The notes beneath the pieces were generated by a model. It searched no databases. It was not told the DNA's origin and worked only from the letters and a program-made list of their open reading frames with translations. This document shows, one piece after another, positions 28,812 through 39,988 of a stretch of 64,000 nt of DNA (positions are counted from its first letter, which is position 1; the number at the start of each line of letters is the position of its first letter). Both the position numbers and the translations under genes were made by a program. Source of the stretch: Candidatus Magasanikiibacteriota bacterium (GTDB lineage Bacteria; Patescibacteriota; Patescibacteriia; Magasanikbacterales; UBA922); contig JABIFP010000027.1 in the NCBI GenBank assembly GCA_018650645.1, forward strand, positions 24,379 through 88,378. The letters are read 5' to 3'.

Positions 28812-29565
28812 ATGACCAAATTAGTAATAAGGGGAATGTAATGAGAGCTTTATACACGCGAGCAATTCTTCTAGGCTCCCGGCAGAGACGATACAGCGAT
28901 TCAGCTCTCAGAATTCGCATAAGTTTGGGTGCGCGCTTCACTTTGCCTGAGATAAAATCAAGTGAACCGCCAACTCCCATTGCAAGAGTAACACTTGTGA
29001 GCTCATTTTGAAACTGATGGATCCAGGCTTCCTGCTTTTTGTGCCCAAGCGCCACAAGTAGAACTGATGCACCCGAGGTCTGTATGTGTTTAATAATTTG
29101 CCTGTGTAATGCCAGATCATCAGCAAATACAGTACCTTTGTGATATGTATACTGTGGTCCAACAGCCATTCCAGAGACTGCATCCTTCCCAAGGGCCAAT
29201 GAAGCGCGTTCTAGCACCTCATGCGATTGTGTGCCCAGTAAAAACACACGTTGCTCCTTCTGTTTTGCAATAGCAACCACATCTTTCACAAAATCTACAC
29301 CCGGTATACGAGTTAATTTTCTGAATGTTAACATTTCAGGCCCCGAAGAGTCGCAAATATTGAGGTCTCCACTATTGAGAATGTCTCTAAATGCTGCATC
29401 TCTGTATGCATCAACAAGCATCTCAGAATTTGGAGTGAACAAAGAGTGCTGTCTGCGCGTTGGCAGCTGCAAAACCCAGTCTCTTGCCTCAGCCCTGGTT
29501 ACCTGATCAATTCGGGTGCCTAATAGTTCCACAATATTTTGCTTAGTATGGTACAATTTAACCAC
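28777..29565 (-). CDS. WecB/TagA/CpsF-family glycosyltransferase (tentative)
   Basis: 262 aa. DILNSGDLNICDSSG resembles the TagA family motif. Size is typical of the family. Confidence 0.5.
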   Translation of the reverse strand: MVKLYHTKQNIVELLGTRIDQVTRAEARDWVLQLPTRRQHSLFTPNSEMLVDAYRDAAFRDILNSGDLNICDSSGPEMLTFRKLTRIPGVDFVKDVVAIAKQKEQRVFLLGTQSHEVLERASLALGKDAVSGMAVGPQYTYHKGTVFADDLALHRQIIKHIQTSGASVLLVALGHKKQEAWIHQFQNELTSVTLAMGVGGSLDFISGKVKRAPKLMRILRAESLYRLCREPRRIARVYKALITFPLLLIWSYAFRRKKNIDT

Positions 29566-29633
29566 AGTTGACAGTTTTTTTCAATATTGTATACTCGAAT
29601 TAGCACTCGTATATATGGAGTGATAATATTTCT

Positions 29634-32282
29634 ATGTTACATCCTCAGAATTTTACAAATAAATCTCAGGAGGCTCTGCAAAGAGCTTCTCAAATTGCTC
29701 ATGATCACGGACAACCGCAAATAGAACCGCCTCACCTTTTTATGGCTCTCATTAGCCAAGAAGAGGGTGTTGTTGTGTCTGTTCTTTCCAAATTGCAGGT
29801 AGACAAGAATCATCTGAAGGGACATATCCAAACGATGATTAATGCCATGCCAAAACAGTTTGGGTCACATGCGCAGGCAGGGCTTGGTCAAATTATGATG
29901 GGTCAGGCAATGATGTTTGTGTTACAGCGTGCGCAAGAGGAAGCAACGCAAATGGGTGACGAATATATTTCTGTTGAGCATTTACTGCTCGCGTATTTAA
30001 AAAATAAGAATCCCGTCTCAGATTTACTTCTAGCAAATGGAGTTCGTCATGAAGATGCGATGAAAGTACTCGCTCAAGTTCGCGGATCACAAAAAGTAGA
30101 CTCCCCTACTCCAGAAAGTAAATATAATGCACTCGAAAAATACGGGCAAAACTTTACGCAGCGCGCAAGAGAAGAAAAACTCGATCCAGTAATTGGCAGA
30201 GACGAAGAAATTCGTCGCGTTATGCAGGTGATTACCCGAAGAACAAAAAATAATCCTGTGCTTATTGGAGAACCGGGCGTTGGTAAGACAGCTATTGCTG
30301 AGGGACTTGCGCAGCGCATAGTGAATGGCGACGTGCCTGAATCGCTCGCTAATAAAGAACTTATTGCATTAGATATTGGTGCGCTTATTGCCGGAACAAA
30401 GTTCCGTGGTGAATTTGAGGAGCGATTTAAAGCGGTGCTCCGAGAAGTAAAAGATGCCGCGGGCCAAGTTATTCTGTTTATTGATGAGCTTCACACCATG
30501 GTTGGCGCAGGAGCGAGCGATGGAGCTGTTGATGCGTCTAACATGCTGAAACCTGCACTTGCTCGCGGAGAAATTCATACAATTGGTGCCACAACAATTA
30601 AAGAATATCAAAAGCATATAGAGAAGGATGCAGCTTTTGAGCGTCGGTTTCAGCCTATTACAGTGAAAGAACCGAATAAGTCAGATGCTATTGCTATTTT
30701 ACGTGGTATTAAAGAGAAGTATGAAGTACATCATGGTGTACGTATTACTGATCCTGCAGTTGTTGCCGCAGTTGAGCTGTCTAGTCGCTATATTTCAGAC
30801 CGATTTTTGCCAGATAAGGCTATTGATCTTATTGATGAAGCAACATCGGCACTGCGCATGGAAATTGATTCTATGCCAGACGATTTAGACCGAATGAAAC
30901 GAAAGATCATGAAGTTTGAGATTGAAATTGAGGCGCTTAAAAAAGAATCGGATGAAGATTCTGCTGCGCGTATGACAAAGCTAAAAGAAGAGCTTGAAAA
31001 TTTACGAGAGAAAAGTAATGAACTTGAAGTTCACTGGAAAAATGAGAAGGATATCATCATGCAAATCCGTGACGCAAAGAAACAAATTGATAGCTATAAA
31101 CAAGAAGCTGAAATTACAGAGCGCCGCGGTGACTTGCAAAAGGTTGCTGAAATCCGCTATGACAGAATTCCACAGAAGGAACGTCAGATTACAGACCTTG
31201 AAAAGCAGCTTTCTGAAGTACAAAAAGGTCATGCTATTTTGAAAGAGGAAGTGACAGAAGAAGATATCGCTACTGTGGTATCAAAGTGGACAGGCATTCC
31301 TGTATCGAAAATGCTTGAGGATGAAGTAAAAAAACTCGCACATATTGAAAAAGAGCTTGCAAAACAAGTTATTGGTCAAGAAGAAGCTATTCTAGCTGTT
31401 TCAAATGCCATTCGCCGATCACGTGCGGGTGTATCTGAAGAAACAAAACCAATAGGATCCTTTATATTTATGGGGCCTACTGGTGTTGGAAAAACAGAAC
31501 TTGCAAAGGCCCTGGCCACCTTCCTATTCAACTCAGAAGAATCCATGGTACGCGTTGACATGAGTGAATACATGGAAAAACAATCGGTGAGCAAAATGAT
31601 TGGTTCTGCCCCCGGGTATGTTGGATATGAGGAAGGCGGACAGCTCACTGAGCAAATCAGACGACGTCCCTACTCCGTTATTCTTTTTGATGAAATTGAA
31701 AAAGCACACCCGGATGTATTTAATATGATGCTCCAGATTCTTGATGACGGGCAACTTACTGATGCAAAGGGTCGCAAAGTCAATTTTAAGAACACCGTTA
31801 TTATCATGACAAGCAATGTTGGCTCAGAAATGATTATGCAAATGAGTAAACAAGGTGAACTCGGATTTGGTGAATCTCAATCAGTAGGAATTAAAGAAAA
31901 CGAAGATAATATTAGAGTGCGCGTACTAGAAAAACTGCGTGATCACTTTAAACCTGAATTCCTTAATAGGATTGATGAAATCATTATGTTCCATCCGCTA
32001 GAAGAGGATCAAGTTCGTAAAATTGTTGATATTCAACTCAGTATTATTCAAAAGCGCCTGGATGAAAAGAAAATCATTCTTGATGTGAGTACACTTGCAA
32101 GAGACTGGCTCGGTAAAAAAGGATTTGATCCTGATTATGGCGCACGGCCGTTAAAGCGAGTATTACAGACGAAGCTACTTGATCTACTGGCCATGGATAT
32201 TATTGAAGGCAAGGTTGGAAATGGTATCACTATAGATGTGGGTGTAAAAGAAGATGCACTTGTACTCTCTGGTCGCACATAA
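29634..32282 (+). CDS. clpB: ATP-dependent chaperone ClpB
   Basis: Two AAA+ modules (GEPGVGKTA and GPTGVGKTE), a middle coiled-coil domain, and the N-terminal Clp repeat. Confidence 0.95.
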   Translation: MLHPQNFTNKSQEALQRASQIAHDHGQPQIEPPHLFMALISQEEGVVVSVLSKLQVDKNHLKGHIQTMINAMPKQFGSHAQAGLGQIMMGQAMMFVLQRAQEEATQMGDEYISVEHLLLAYLKNKNPVSDLLLANGVRHEDAMKVLAQVRGSQKVDSPTPESKYNALEKYGQNFTQRAREEKLDPVIGRDEEIRRVMQVITRRTKNNPVLIGEPGVGKTAIAEGLAQRIVNGDVPESLANKELIALDIGALIAGTKFRGEFEERFKAVLREVKDAAGQVILFIDELHTMVGAGASDGAVDASNMLKPALARGEIHTIGATTIKEYQKHIEKDAAFERRFQPITVKEPNKSDAIAILRGIKEKYEVHHGVRITDPAVVAAVELSSRYISDRFLPDKAIDLIDEATSALRMEIDSMPDDLDRMKRKIMKFEIEIEALKKESDEDSAARMTKLKEELENLREKSNELEVHWKNEKDIIMQIRDAKKQIDSYKQEAEITERRGDLQKVAEIRYDRIPQKERQITDLEKQLSEVQKGHAILKEEVTEEDIATVVSKWTGIPVSKMLEDEVKKLAHIEKELAKQVIGQEEAILAVSNAIRRSRAGVSEETKPIGSFIFMGPTGVGKTELAKALATFLFNSEESMVRVDMSEYMEKQSVSKMIGSAPGYVGYEEGGQLTEQIRRRPYSVILFDEIEKAHPDVFNMMLQILDDGQLTDAKGRKVNFKNTVIIMTSNVGSEMIMQMSKQGELGFGESQSVGIKENEDNIRVRVLEKLRDHFKPEFLNRIDEIIMFHPLEEDQVRKIVDIQLSIIQKRLDEKKIILDVSTLARDWLGKKGFDPDYGARPLKRVLQTKLLDLLAMDIIEGKVGNGITIDVGVKEDALVLSGRT

Positions 32283-32318
32283 AAAAAAGAAGAGCAATAC
32301 GCTCTTCTTTTTTTTACA
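32281..32318 (+). terminator. bidirectional terminator AAAAAAAAGAAGAGC-AATAC-GCTCTTCTTTTTTTT
   Basis: Perfect palindrome between convergent clpB and the ferredoxin gene. Confidence 0.75.
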
Positions 32319-32664
32319 TATCTGGAAAAAGTTTATTTCCACCCTTGTCATATAAGTGAATGGCAAGTACCGGGCAAGACTCTGCAGAGAGCCGGACGGT
32401 CTCGTCATCATAGCTGTCTGGATCAACAACAAAAGCGAGGTTGTCGTCATCAAGTTGAAAAAGCTCGTCTGTAAATACAACACATGATCCCGCTCCGATA
32501 CATCCCTGTCTATCTACAACGACTCGAGCAATCTCAGTCCCCTCTTTTTTACGCACTCCCTGAGAAATATCATCCATTAAATCATCTGGCACGGTTACAT
32601 CAGTTGCCGCATCTGCTGCGGCATTGTTTTTTTGCATGAACTGCATTGCTTGTGCTTGATCCAT
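32314..32664 (-). CDS. ferredoxin-like Fe-S protein
   Basis: Cys cluster CIGAGSC...C. Adjacent to the suf genes. Confidence 0.55.
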   Translation of the reverse strand: MDQAQAMQFMQKNNAAADAATDVTVPDDLMDDISQGVRKKEGTEIARVVVDRQGCIGAGSCVVFTDELFQLDDDNLAFVVDPDSYDDETVRLSAESCPVLAIHLYDKGGNKLFPDM

Positions 32665-32666
32665 AT

Positions 32667-32975
32667 TTATATATCACCTAAAAAATCATCTTTGATGGGT
32701 ACTGCTGTAATTTCTGACGCACTCATATCAGTTCCCTCTCCATTATCAATTCGTTGTACCACAGAGTCAGTTTCACAATCCATTATAATTTTTGTGTTGT
32801 CCACCTCAACATTCGGCGCATTTGAGCACCAACCCAAGCATCCGCAATAGTCTAAATCATACTCTTCAGTCTTATCGCCCACCTCAAGACCAATTCCCTT
32901 CTTAATTGACTGCATGATATCATCAGCACCAAAGGAACTGCAAGCGCGACTGTTACAAACTCGAATAGTCTTCAT
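32667..32975 (-). CDS. thioredoxin-like [2Fe-2S] ferredoxin
   Basis: Cys pattern C-x4-C ... CGC-x3-C, typical of NuoE-like 2Fe-2S ferredoxins. Confidence 0.55.
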   Translation of the reverse strand: MKTIRVCNSRACSSFGADDIMQSIKKGIGLEVGDKTEEYDLDYCGCLGWCSNAPNVEVDNTKIIMDCETDSVVQRIDNGEGTDMSASEITAVPIKDDFLGDI

Positions 32976-32976
32976 A

Positions 32977-33309
32977 CTAAATACCTAATATATCCCTCAG
33001 TTCAGCGGGCGGCTCCCATGAGGGTTTAAACGTTAGCTCAATTTCTACTTCCGCAAAACCAATAGCCTTAAGCGCATCCTCCACCTCCTGTTTTAACTGC
33101 CCACCAAATGGACAAAGCGGCGTAGTAAATGTCATGAGCACATGCACTTTTTTCGGAGTGGGTGTTGTGACATGATAAATAAGACCGAGCGTCCATACAT
33201 CGATTCCGATTTCAGGATCAATGACAGTTTCTAAGGCTTCAATAATTTTTTGTTGCTGTTTGTCTTTATCCATATGATTCAAATCCTTCAGTTTCAATAG
33301 TTTCCGCAA
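32977..33309 (-). CDS. Fe-S cluster assembly protein SufT/DUF59 (MIP18 family)
   Basis: DPEIGIDVWTLGLIY ... TTPLCPFGG, characteristic of the DUF59 family. Confidence 0.7.
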   Translation of the reverse strand: MRKLLKLKDLNHMDKDKQQQKIIEALETVIDPEIGIDVWTLGLIYHVTTPTPKKVHVLMTFTTPLCPFGGQLKQEVEDALKAIGFAEVEIELTFKPSWEPPAELRDILGI

Positions 33310-33994
33310 GAGAAATATCTCCTTCTTTCACAATCTTTCCTGATGCCATTATATATACGTTATCTGGTGTCATCTCTTTTAAAAAAGCGATGTGGTGAGT
33401 AATAAGTAATACTCCCTTTCCAGCTTTTCTCATCGCTTGAATTTTTGCAGCAATAAGCTTCAGTGCGTCTACATCAAGTCCGGAATCTGTTTCATCGAGT
33501 ATGGCATAGCTAGGATCAAACAATTCGAGCTGCATCATTTCAAGTCGCTTCTTTTCTCCACCAGAAAACCCGACGCCAACGTGACGCTTTAATACATCAT
33601 GAGGAAGTTTTACTCCATCACAGAGTTCCTTCAGCTGTCTATAAAACTTTGCAGGATTTACCTTCGTCTCAAATCGAGCATTGTATGCTGTACGCAAAAA
33701 ATTCGTTACTGTTAACCCTTCAATTGCTGGAATGTGCTGCATTGAAAGCATAAGTCCAGCCTTTGCACGTTCTTCTGGCTTTGAAAATGTAATATCTGTT
33801 TTATCAAGAACAATGGAGCCTGACTCAACGGTGTAATTTGGGTGTCCGCCAAGTGCATTTGCGAGTGTTGACTTCCCTGCGCCATTTGGTCCCATGACAA
33901 TATGTAACTCCCCCGGATTAACCGTAATAGAAACATCTGTATCAATAACAGCATCTTCTGCGCTAATTGTGAGGTCTGTAATTACTAAACTCAT
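33266..33994 (-). CDS. sufC: Fe-S cluster assembly ATPase SufC
   Basis: Walker A GPNGAGKST, ABC signature FSGGEKKR, Walker B LDETDSGLD. Confidence 0.9.
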   Translation of the reverse strand: MSLVITDLTISAEDAVIDTDVSITVNPGELHIVMGPNGAGKSTLANALGGHPNYTVESGSIVLDKTDITFSKPEERAKAGLMLSMQHIPAIEGLTVTNFLRTAYNARFETKVNPAKFYRQLKELCDGVKLPHDVLKRHVGVGFSGGEKKRLEMMQLELFDPSYAILDETDSGLDVDALKLIAAKIQAMRKAGKGVLLITHHIAFLKEMTPDNVYIMASGKIVKEGDISLAETIETEGFESYG

Positions 33995-33995
33995 A

Positions 33996-34394
33996 TTATT
34001 GTATTGCTTGTTTAAGCGCCTTCACTCCAATCATGGCGCATTTATGGCGCGTATGTGATATTGGGATCCCTAGCAGCTCCTTGACTGTCTCAAAGGTGAT
34101 CTGCTGCAGATCCTCAACCTGTTTCCCTATATACTCATCGAGTACAAGCGATGTAGCAGCTTTTGAAATTGCACAGCCATGTCCGGAATGTGCAGCATTT
34201 TGCAAGACGCCACTAGCCACCAATACATCCATCTGCACAATATCGCCACAACTCTGATTATGCGAGGTTGCGCTACCGGTCTTCTCTTTCAATGAACCTG
34301 CATGAAGCGGTTCATGATACAGTTCTAACATGTATGCGCGTTGCATGTCCATTAATACTTGATCCATACTATGCGATATTTCTATAGTGAGCAT
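33996..34394 (-). CDS. sufU: Fe-S cluster scaffold SufU/NifU-like
   Basis: Conserved Cys residues (NQSCGD, GHGCAISKA) and SUF-type scaffold length. Confidence 0.8.
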   Translation of the reverse strand: MLTIEISHSMDQVLMDMQRAYMLELYHEPLHAGSLKEKTGSATSHNQSCGDIVQMDVLVASGVLQNAAHSGHGCAISKAATSLVLDEYIGKQVEDLQQITFETVKELLGIPISHTRHKCAMIGVKALKQAIQ

Positions 34395-35577
34395 CGAGTC
34401 CTGACGTTCTTGCTACGGCAGCTGCTTTTGCTTGATTATTGATCTTTACCGTTTTTTCTAGTGCCTTCCCTAATGTATCAGCATCTTCTGCCTTTGAATA
34501 CATACCAAGAGATACACGAACCACACCTTCTTTTGAAATGTATTGCATAAGAGGCATTGCGCAATGATGACCAGCTCTGACTGCGATATTCTGTACAGCA
34601 AGAAGCTGAGCAATATCGTGCGGATGCATGTCAGTCATGGTAAAACTGATTATTGGTCCGCGATCTGTATGATGTGCTGATTCAATAATACTTGCATGTT
34701 TTGCAATAGCTTCTGCATACACTGCGCGAACTGTGTCGAGTTCAACTTGCTGTGTTGTCATCATTTGTAATGCTGCAGCCATACCAATCGCACCAGAAAT
34801 ATTTGGCGTACCAGCTTCAAATTTGCCAGATCCTTCTGCCCATGTTGCACGTTCATATGTTACGGAATCTACCATATCGCCTCCAAATACCACCGGTTGT
34901 AATTGTTGTTGTAGTTCTTTTGAAATAAACAGTGCCCCAATTCCAGTAGGACCGTACACTTTATGCCCAGAGAATGCCAGAACATCAATACCAAACTCCT
35001 GAACGTCTATCTTGTAATGCGCAATGAACTGCGCGCCATCAGCAACTACAATTGCGCCAACTTCCTTTGCTCTTGCAATAATTTGCTTATATGGCGTAAC
35101 CGTTCCCGTTACATTAGACATAAGCGTGAATGCAACCACATCGGTTTGCTGTGTAATAATTGTTTCTAGTTCATCAATAACAACATCTGTATTCATGTCG
35201 ACAGGAATAACCGCAACCCGCGCGGCATGCTGCTGCCAAGGAATCATATTTGCATGATGTTCAAGAGCGGTAATGGCAACCTGCATATCAGGCTTTGCTG
35301 CAGCGAGCATTTGCGCAATCATGTTGAGTGACTGCGTTGTACCGCTGGTGAAGATGATTTCATCAGTATGTGCACCAATATATGTAGCCACTACCTTGCG
35401 TGCAGCGTTAAACGCTTCATCTGCCTGCTCTGCCTGTTTATACATGCCGCGGTGTACATTTACAGGATACTGCGTGTTGTACGCGTGCACGGCATCTATA
35501 GCCTCCTGACACATGAGTGCTGAAGAAGCGCTATCCAGATAGAGCTGAGCAGCATTGTTGGCTGGAAAATTATTCAT
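34369..35577 (-). CDS. sufS: cysteine desulfurase SufS (class V aminotransferase)
   Basis: PLP lysine context FSGHKVYGPTGIGAL. Conserved C-terminal Cys loop. Confidence 0.85.
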   Translation of the reverse strand: MNNFPANNAAQLYLDSASSALMCQEAIDAVHAYNTQYPVNVHRGMYKQAEQADEAFNAARKVVATYIGAHTDEIIFTSGTTQSLNMIAQMLAAAKPDMQVAITALEHHANMIPWQQHAARVAVIPVDMNTDVVIDELETIITQQTDVVAFTLMSNVTGTVTPYKQIIARAKEVGAIVVADGAQFIAHYKIDVQEFGIDVLAFSGHKVYGPTGIGALFISKELQQQLQPVVFGGDMVDSVTYERATWAEGSGKFEAGTPNISGAIGMAAALQMMTTQQVELDTVRAVYAEAIAKHASIIESAHHTDRGPIISFTMTDMHPHDIAQLLAVQNIAVRAGHHCAMPLMQYISKEGVVRVSLGMYSKAEDADTLGKALEKTVKINNQAKAAAVARTSGLDAHYRNIA

Positions 35578-36292
35578 ATGATAAAAAATGTGTAGCTATA
35601 GCTTGCTCAGCTTCTGTGGCACTAAGCCCTCGGCTTTGCAAGTAAAAAATTTCTTCTTCTTTAGGTTTTGCAATGGTAACAGCATGTGAACAAGCAACTT
35701 CCTTACATGCAATATCGAGCATCGGAATCGCATCAATTCTTGCACGCTTATCTAATAGTAACACACGCGCTTCTTGATGTGCAGTGCAATGCATTGCGGT
35801 ACTTGGAATACTCATTGACGCGCGGTAGATTTCCCGCGCATTTCCTTTTAGTGCACTGCGATGATTAATCTGACATGTTGAGTTTGATCCTACATGCTGC
35901 ACCTCGTCCAAAATATCTACCACACCACCTGCATTTGATAACGCACCTTTAATATTCACTTGGGCTCCCTCTTCTAATAGTACTGATGTATGAGAAAGTA
36001 GTTCATCGCAGAGATCAATGCGCATATGCAATTGCAGCGAAGCACCTTTCCCTAATCTGAATGTTCTCATGGTCGCCGATGTTGAAATTTGATTCGCACT
36101 AACGGCATATGATGCGGTTGCACCAGGCTGGACTTGGATATCAATGTTACTTTGGGTATCTGATTGCATCTGCTCGTCATACCATTCTCCATCTTTTAAG
36201 ATAATGCTTGTATTCGAAACATCCACAGGCTTTTCAAGCCCCACAATTCCTGGTCCGTATTGTTGTTTGCTTAATACTGACATATTATCCAA
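35570..36292 (-). CDS. sufD: SufD-like Fe-S assembly protein (short form)
   Basis: Beta-helix SufB/SufD family C-terminal region. Positioned between sufB and sufS. Confidence 0.6.
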   Translation of the reverse strand: MDNMSVLSKQQYGPGIVGLEKPVDVSNTSIILKDGEWYDEQMQSDTQSNIDIQVQPGATASYAVSANQISTSATMRTFRLGKGASLQLHMRIDLCDELLSHTSVLLEEGAQVNIKGALSNAGGVVDILDEVQHVGSNSTCQINHRSALKGNAREIYRASMSIPSTAMHCTAHQEARVLLLDKRARIDAIPMLDIACKEVACSHAVTIAKPKEEEIFYLQSRGLSATEAEQAIATHFLSYE

Positions 36293-37730
36293 CGGATCCT
36301 TCCATCTCTAACTGAATAAGTCGATTCAATTCTACTGCATATTCAAGCGGCAGCGCTTTTACGACTGGTTCAACAAAGCCGGCAACAACTGCGCGTTGTG
36401 CTTCATCGGCTGTTAATCCTCTCGATTGCAGATAAAACAATTCATCATCGCCAATTCTACCAACAGTTGCTTCATGTGCAATAGTTGCAGAATCATTTTT
36501 TACAGACATAACAGGAATCGTAATCGATCGGCTTAGTTCGTTCATGAGTAGCGCGTCGCATTCCACAGTGGTTTTTACTCCGGTTGCATTAGGAAGGACA
36601 TTCACATACCCACGATAACTCGCAACGCCATCTCCTTTTGAAATTGATTTAGCGCGAATCGTTGAATACGTATTTGGTGCTGCATGAATCGCTTTTGCAC
36701 CGGTGTCTTGATATTGTCCTGGCCCAGCAAACGCAATCCCTAAGCTGTCACTTTTTGCTCCTTCTCCCCTCAGCACTGAAGAGGGATAGAGCATAGTTAC
36801 TCCTGACCCCATATTTCCATTAATCCATTCGATTGAGCCATGTGCATCCACAAGCGCTCGTTTCGTATTTAAATTAAAGGTATTCTTTGACCAATTTTCA
36901 ATCGAGTAATATTTCACTGATGCATTTTTATGGACAAAGATTTCTACACATCCTGCGTGAAGTGAATTTGTTGTATAGCGCGGTGCACTACATCCTTCAA
37001 TATACGAAACACTTGATCCCTCATCTGCAATAATAAGTGTATGTTCAAACTGCCCACCATTTTGCGTGTTCATGCGGAAATAGGCTTGCAGTGGCAGATC
37101 TACCTGTACACCCTTTGGTACATATATAAACGTCCCACCAGACCAAACAGCTGCGTGAATCATGGCAAAATAATGATCAGTCATTGGTACACACTGCGTC
37201 ATGAAGTATTTTTTGATAAGTTCTTCATGTTCAAGGAGAGCGGCATCCATGTTCATGAAAATAACGCCCTGCTTTGCAAGATCTTCTTGGATACTATGAT
37301 ACACCACATCAGAATCGTACTGCGCTCCCACTCCTGCAAGTGCAGCACGCTCAGCCTCTGGAATTCCTAATCTTTCAAACGTAGAACGAATCTCTTCAGG
37401 AACATCTTCCCATGCATGCTGCTCACCAGTTCCTGGTGGCATGTAATACACAATTGTTTCAAGGTCGAGATCAGATAATACTGGTCCCCAATTCGGAACA
37501 CTTGTTTCTTGCAATGCAAATAGCGCTTTCTTTCTGCGCGCCCGCATCCAATCAGGTTCACCTTTTGTATCAGAAATCAGATCAACGACATCTTCTCGAA
37601 TACCAGGTTTCACAATAATGGCAGCTGTTACATCATCTGCTTTATCTAAATCCATTCGTTTTCTTGCAAGATCTTGATCCATATTATTTGCTGCGAAGTA
37701 CCTCTTTAATTGCTTGAAGTACAGCATCAA
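36285..37730 (-). CDS. sufB: Fe-S cluster assembly protein SufB
   Basis: ADEGSSVSYIEGCSAP motif. 481 aa. Confidence 0.9.
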   Translation of the reverse strand: MMLYFKQLKRYFAANNMDQDLARKRMDLDKADDVTAAIIVKPGIREDVVDLISDTKGEPDWMRARRKKALFALQETSVPNWGPVLSDLDLETIVYYMPPGTGEQHAWEDVPEEIRSTFERLGIPEAERAALAGVGAQYDSDVVYHSIQEDLAKQGVIFMNMDAALLEHEELIKKYFMTQCVPMTDHYFAMIHAAVWSGGTFIYVPKGVQVDLPLQAYFRMNTQNGGQFEHTLIIADEGSSVSYIEGCSAPRYTTNSLHAGCVEIFVHKNASVKYYSIENWSKNTFNLNTKRALVDAHGSIEWINGNMGSGVTMLYPSSVLRGEGAKSDSLGIAFAGPGQYQDTGAKAIHAAPNTYSTIRAKSISKGDGVASYRGYVNVLPNATGVKTTVECDALLMNELSRSITIPVMSVKNDSATIAHEATVGRIGDDELFYLQSRGLTADEAQRAVVAGFVEPVVKALPLEYAVELNRLIQLEMEGSVG

Positions 37731-38820
37731 CTTCTTCTTTTGTTACTGAAGGCAGAAATGAAAATCGAATAGCTCCTTCTTCTCTAAGCCCCATGGCCTT
37801 AAGAACATGACTTCCCGATTTCTTTTGAGAATCACACGCTGCGCCAGTGCCGACTGCAATTCCTCGTGCATCCATATATAATACAAATGCCTCCGCATCA
37901 ATATCATTAAACTGTACATAGTGCATACCAGATTTTTTATGCGGTCCTGGCATACCACCCACAACGTATGCATCCGGTGCAAGTTGCTTTAGCTTATCTA
38001 TAAAATACGTATCAACATCAGTATCAACATGTTGAAATTTCATAGCAGCTGCAAAGGCAGCAGCACCTGCCACCCGCTCTGTTCCAGACCGCATACCAAA
38101 TTCTTGTCCTCCACCATGTATAATTGGTGTAAAGGCGATATCGTCTTTCATGATAAGCGCACCTACTCCTTTTGGACCACCAACTTTTCCTGCTGATAAT
38201 ACTAAAAAATCCGTATGCAGCTGCCGAACATCTAATGCAATACTGCCGAGTGCTTGAGACGCATCACACATAAATAGTACTGTGCTATCTAAACGCTGTA
38301 ATCCTTTCCCAAGTACCGTTACTTCCTGATGTACGCCAGTTTCATTATTCGTTGCCATTAATATAACGAGTACAGTGTCATCAGTAATCGCCTTTAGCAT
38401 GTCATTTGCTGAAACAACACCCTCTGCGCTAGGTGATACATAGGTAACTGCTACACCTGCAGCTTGTAGTGATGCTAAAACCGCACTATGTTCAATTGCG
38501 CTACACACTACGTGTGCTTTCTTATGTGGGTTTAATTTTTTATAGGTTTCCAACACACCTGTAATTGCCATATTGCAACTCTCTGTTCCACCTGATGTGA
38601 AGATAGTTTTATATCCGCTTGCAGCACCAACAGTATCTGCAATTGCTTTTCTTGAAGACTCTAAAAGTTTTTTTGCGGCAACCCCTTCTTTATGGAGAGA
38701 TCCCGGATTGCCAAACAAAGCCAGCGCCTCAATCATAGCTTTTTTTGCTTCCAAAGAAAGCGGTCTTGCTGCCGCTGCATCTGCGTAAATTCGAGTTGTT
38801 TCAGTCATTGTATTTAACAT
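37684..38820 (-). CDS. second cysteine desulfurase (NifS/IscS-like, class V)
   Basis: PLP-lysine motif SAGKVGGPKGVGAL. 378 aa. Confidence 0.8.
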   Translation of the reverse strand: MLNTMTETTRIYADAAAARPLSLEAKKAMIEALALFGNPGSLHKEGVAAKKLLESSRKAIADTVGAASGYKTIFTSGGTESCNMAITGVLETYKKLNPHKKAHVVCSAIEHSAVLASLQAAGVAVTYVSPSAEGVVSANDMLKAITDDTVLVILMATNNETGVHQEVTVLGKGLQRLDSTVLFMCDASQALGSIALDVRQLHTDFLVLSAGKVGGPKGVGALIMKDDIAFTPIIHGGGQEFGMRSGTERVAGAAAFAAAMKFQHVDTDVDTYFIDKLKQLAPDAYVVGGMPGPHKKSGMHYVQFNDIDAEAFVLYMDARGIAVGTGAACDSQKKSGSHVLKAMGLREEGAIRFSFLPSVTKEEVDAVLQAIKEVLRSK

Positions 38821-39209
38821 ACGCCTTCTTTCATTGTTGCTATAGAAAAATGTAATGCATCATGCACACGTTTTTCAATCATTTGCATAGCACCTTTTCC
38901 CTTGCAGCTATCTGCCACCTTGCAACCAGATGCGCAGGCTGACACAAATTCTGGCTCTACCGCTCTAATGATATCGATCACCTGCAATTCGCTAATACTT
39001 GCGCGCAAATAGTATCCACCGTTTGCTCCGCGTACAGAATCAACAATACCCGCAATTCTGAGGGAACGAACAATTCGCTGCATAAAGGCAAAAGAGAGGT
39101 TGCGAGAGTCACAAAAATCACGTATACTCAGCACCGTTCCTGCATGCTTATCTGGAAGATCCATGACAAGCTGCAACGCGTAATCAGATTGTTTTGAGAG
39201 GAGTTTCAT
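38814..39209 (-). CDS. Rrf2-family transcriptional regulator (IscR/SufR-like)
   Basis: N-terminal wHTH (SDYALQLVMDL...) and a three-Cys cluster in the C-terminal half. Confidence 0.8.
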   Translation of the reverse strand: MKLLSKQSDYALQLVMDLPDKHAGTVLSIRDFCDSRNLSFAFMQRIVRSLRIAGIVDSVRGANGGYYLRASISELQVIDIIRAVEPEFVSACASGCKVADSCKGKGAMQMIEKRVHDALHFSIATMKEGVC

Positions 39210-39252
39210 AGTAATTCATACTGAAACAGTATATTATAGATTTTTACCTAGG

Positions 39253-39951
39253 TTGTCAATAGATATGGCTTTACACATGCATAGCTCACACATCATCCGC
39301 AAGTACTTCATGACAGAGGACATGCTCGTCCTGAAGCTTCAGAAACCAGATGGATTTACCTTCAAAGCGGGTCAATTTGTTCAAGTTCAGGTACCTGATC
39401 CAGAAAAACCTGTATTTAGGGCCTATTCTATCTGCTCTACCCCAACAGACCCGACACTTGATTTGTGCATTAAAATTGTTCCTGGAGGAAAAGCTTCTAT
39501 GATGTTTGCAGCAGCAAGTGAGGGAGATACCATATCATTCCGAGGTCCGCTTGGGCACTTTACCGTTCCTGAAGGAATTGCTGGAGCACATTTCATTGCA
39601 ACGGGTGCAGGTATTTCTCCAATTTTAAGCATGATTCGCGAGAGAGCAGCTAGCACATTGCCAATGACGCTATTATTTGGTATTCGTAGTCTGCAAGATG
39701 TATGTCTGCATGAAGAATTCCTTTCTCTTCAAAAAGATTACCCATCGCTGCAACTTACCTATTGTCTTTCAAGAGAACCAAACCCACCTGAGTCATGGCA
39801 GAAGCCGGGACGAGTCACGACCCATTTACCAAAAATTCTGCCTCAGGAACATGTCTTTATCTGCGGTTCTCCAGAAATGGTAAAAGAAGTTCGTGCATTT
39901 TATATGAATCAGGGCATTGATAAGCAACAAATCCATTTAGAAATTTTCTAA
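39253..39951 (+). CDS. FNR-like FAD/NAD(P)-binding oxidoreductase
   Basis: FRAYSICS (RxYS FAD-binding motif). GAGISP nucleotide-binding motif. Confidence 0.7.
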   Translation: MSIDMALHMHSSHIIRKYFMTEDMLVLKLQKPDGFTFKAGQFVQVQVPDPEKPVFRAYSICSTPTDPTLDLCIKIVPGGKASMMFAAASEGDTISFRGPLGHFTVPEGIAGAHFIATGAGISPILSMIRERAASTLPMTLLFGIRSLQDVCLHEEFLSLQKDYPSLQLTYCLSREPNPPESWQKPGRVTTHLPKILPQEHVFICGSPEMVKEVRAFYMNQGIDKQQIHLEIF

Positions 39952-39988
39952 ACAAAAGAAGAGCCTCACAGCTCTTCTTTTGTTTCTT

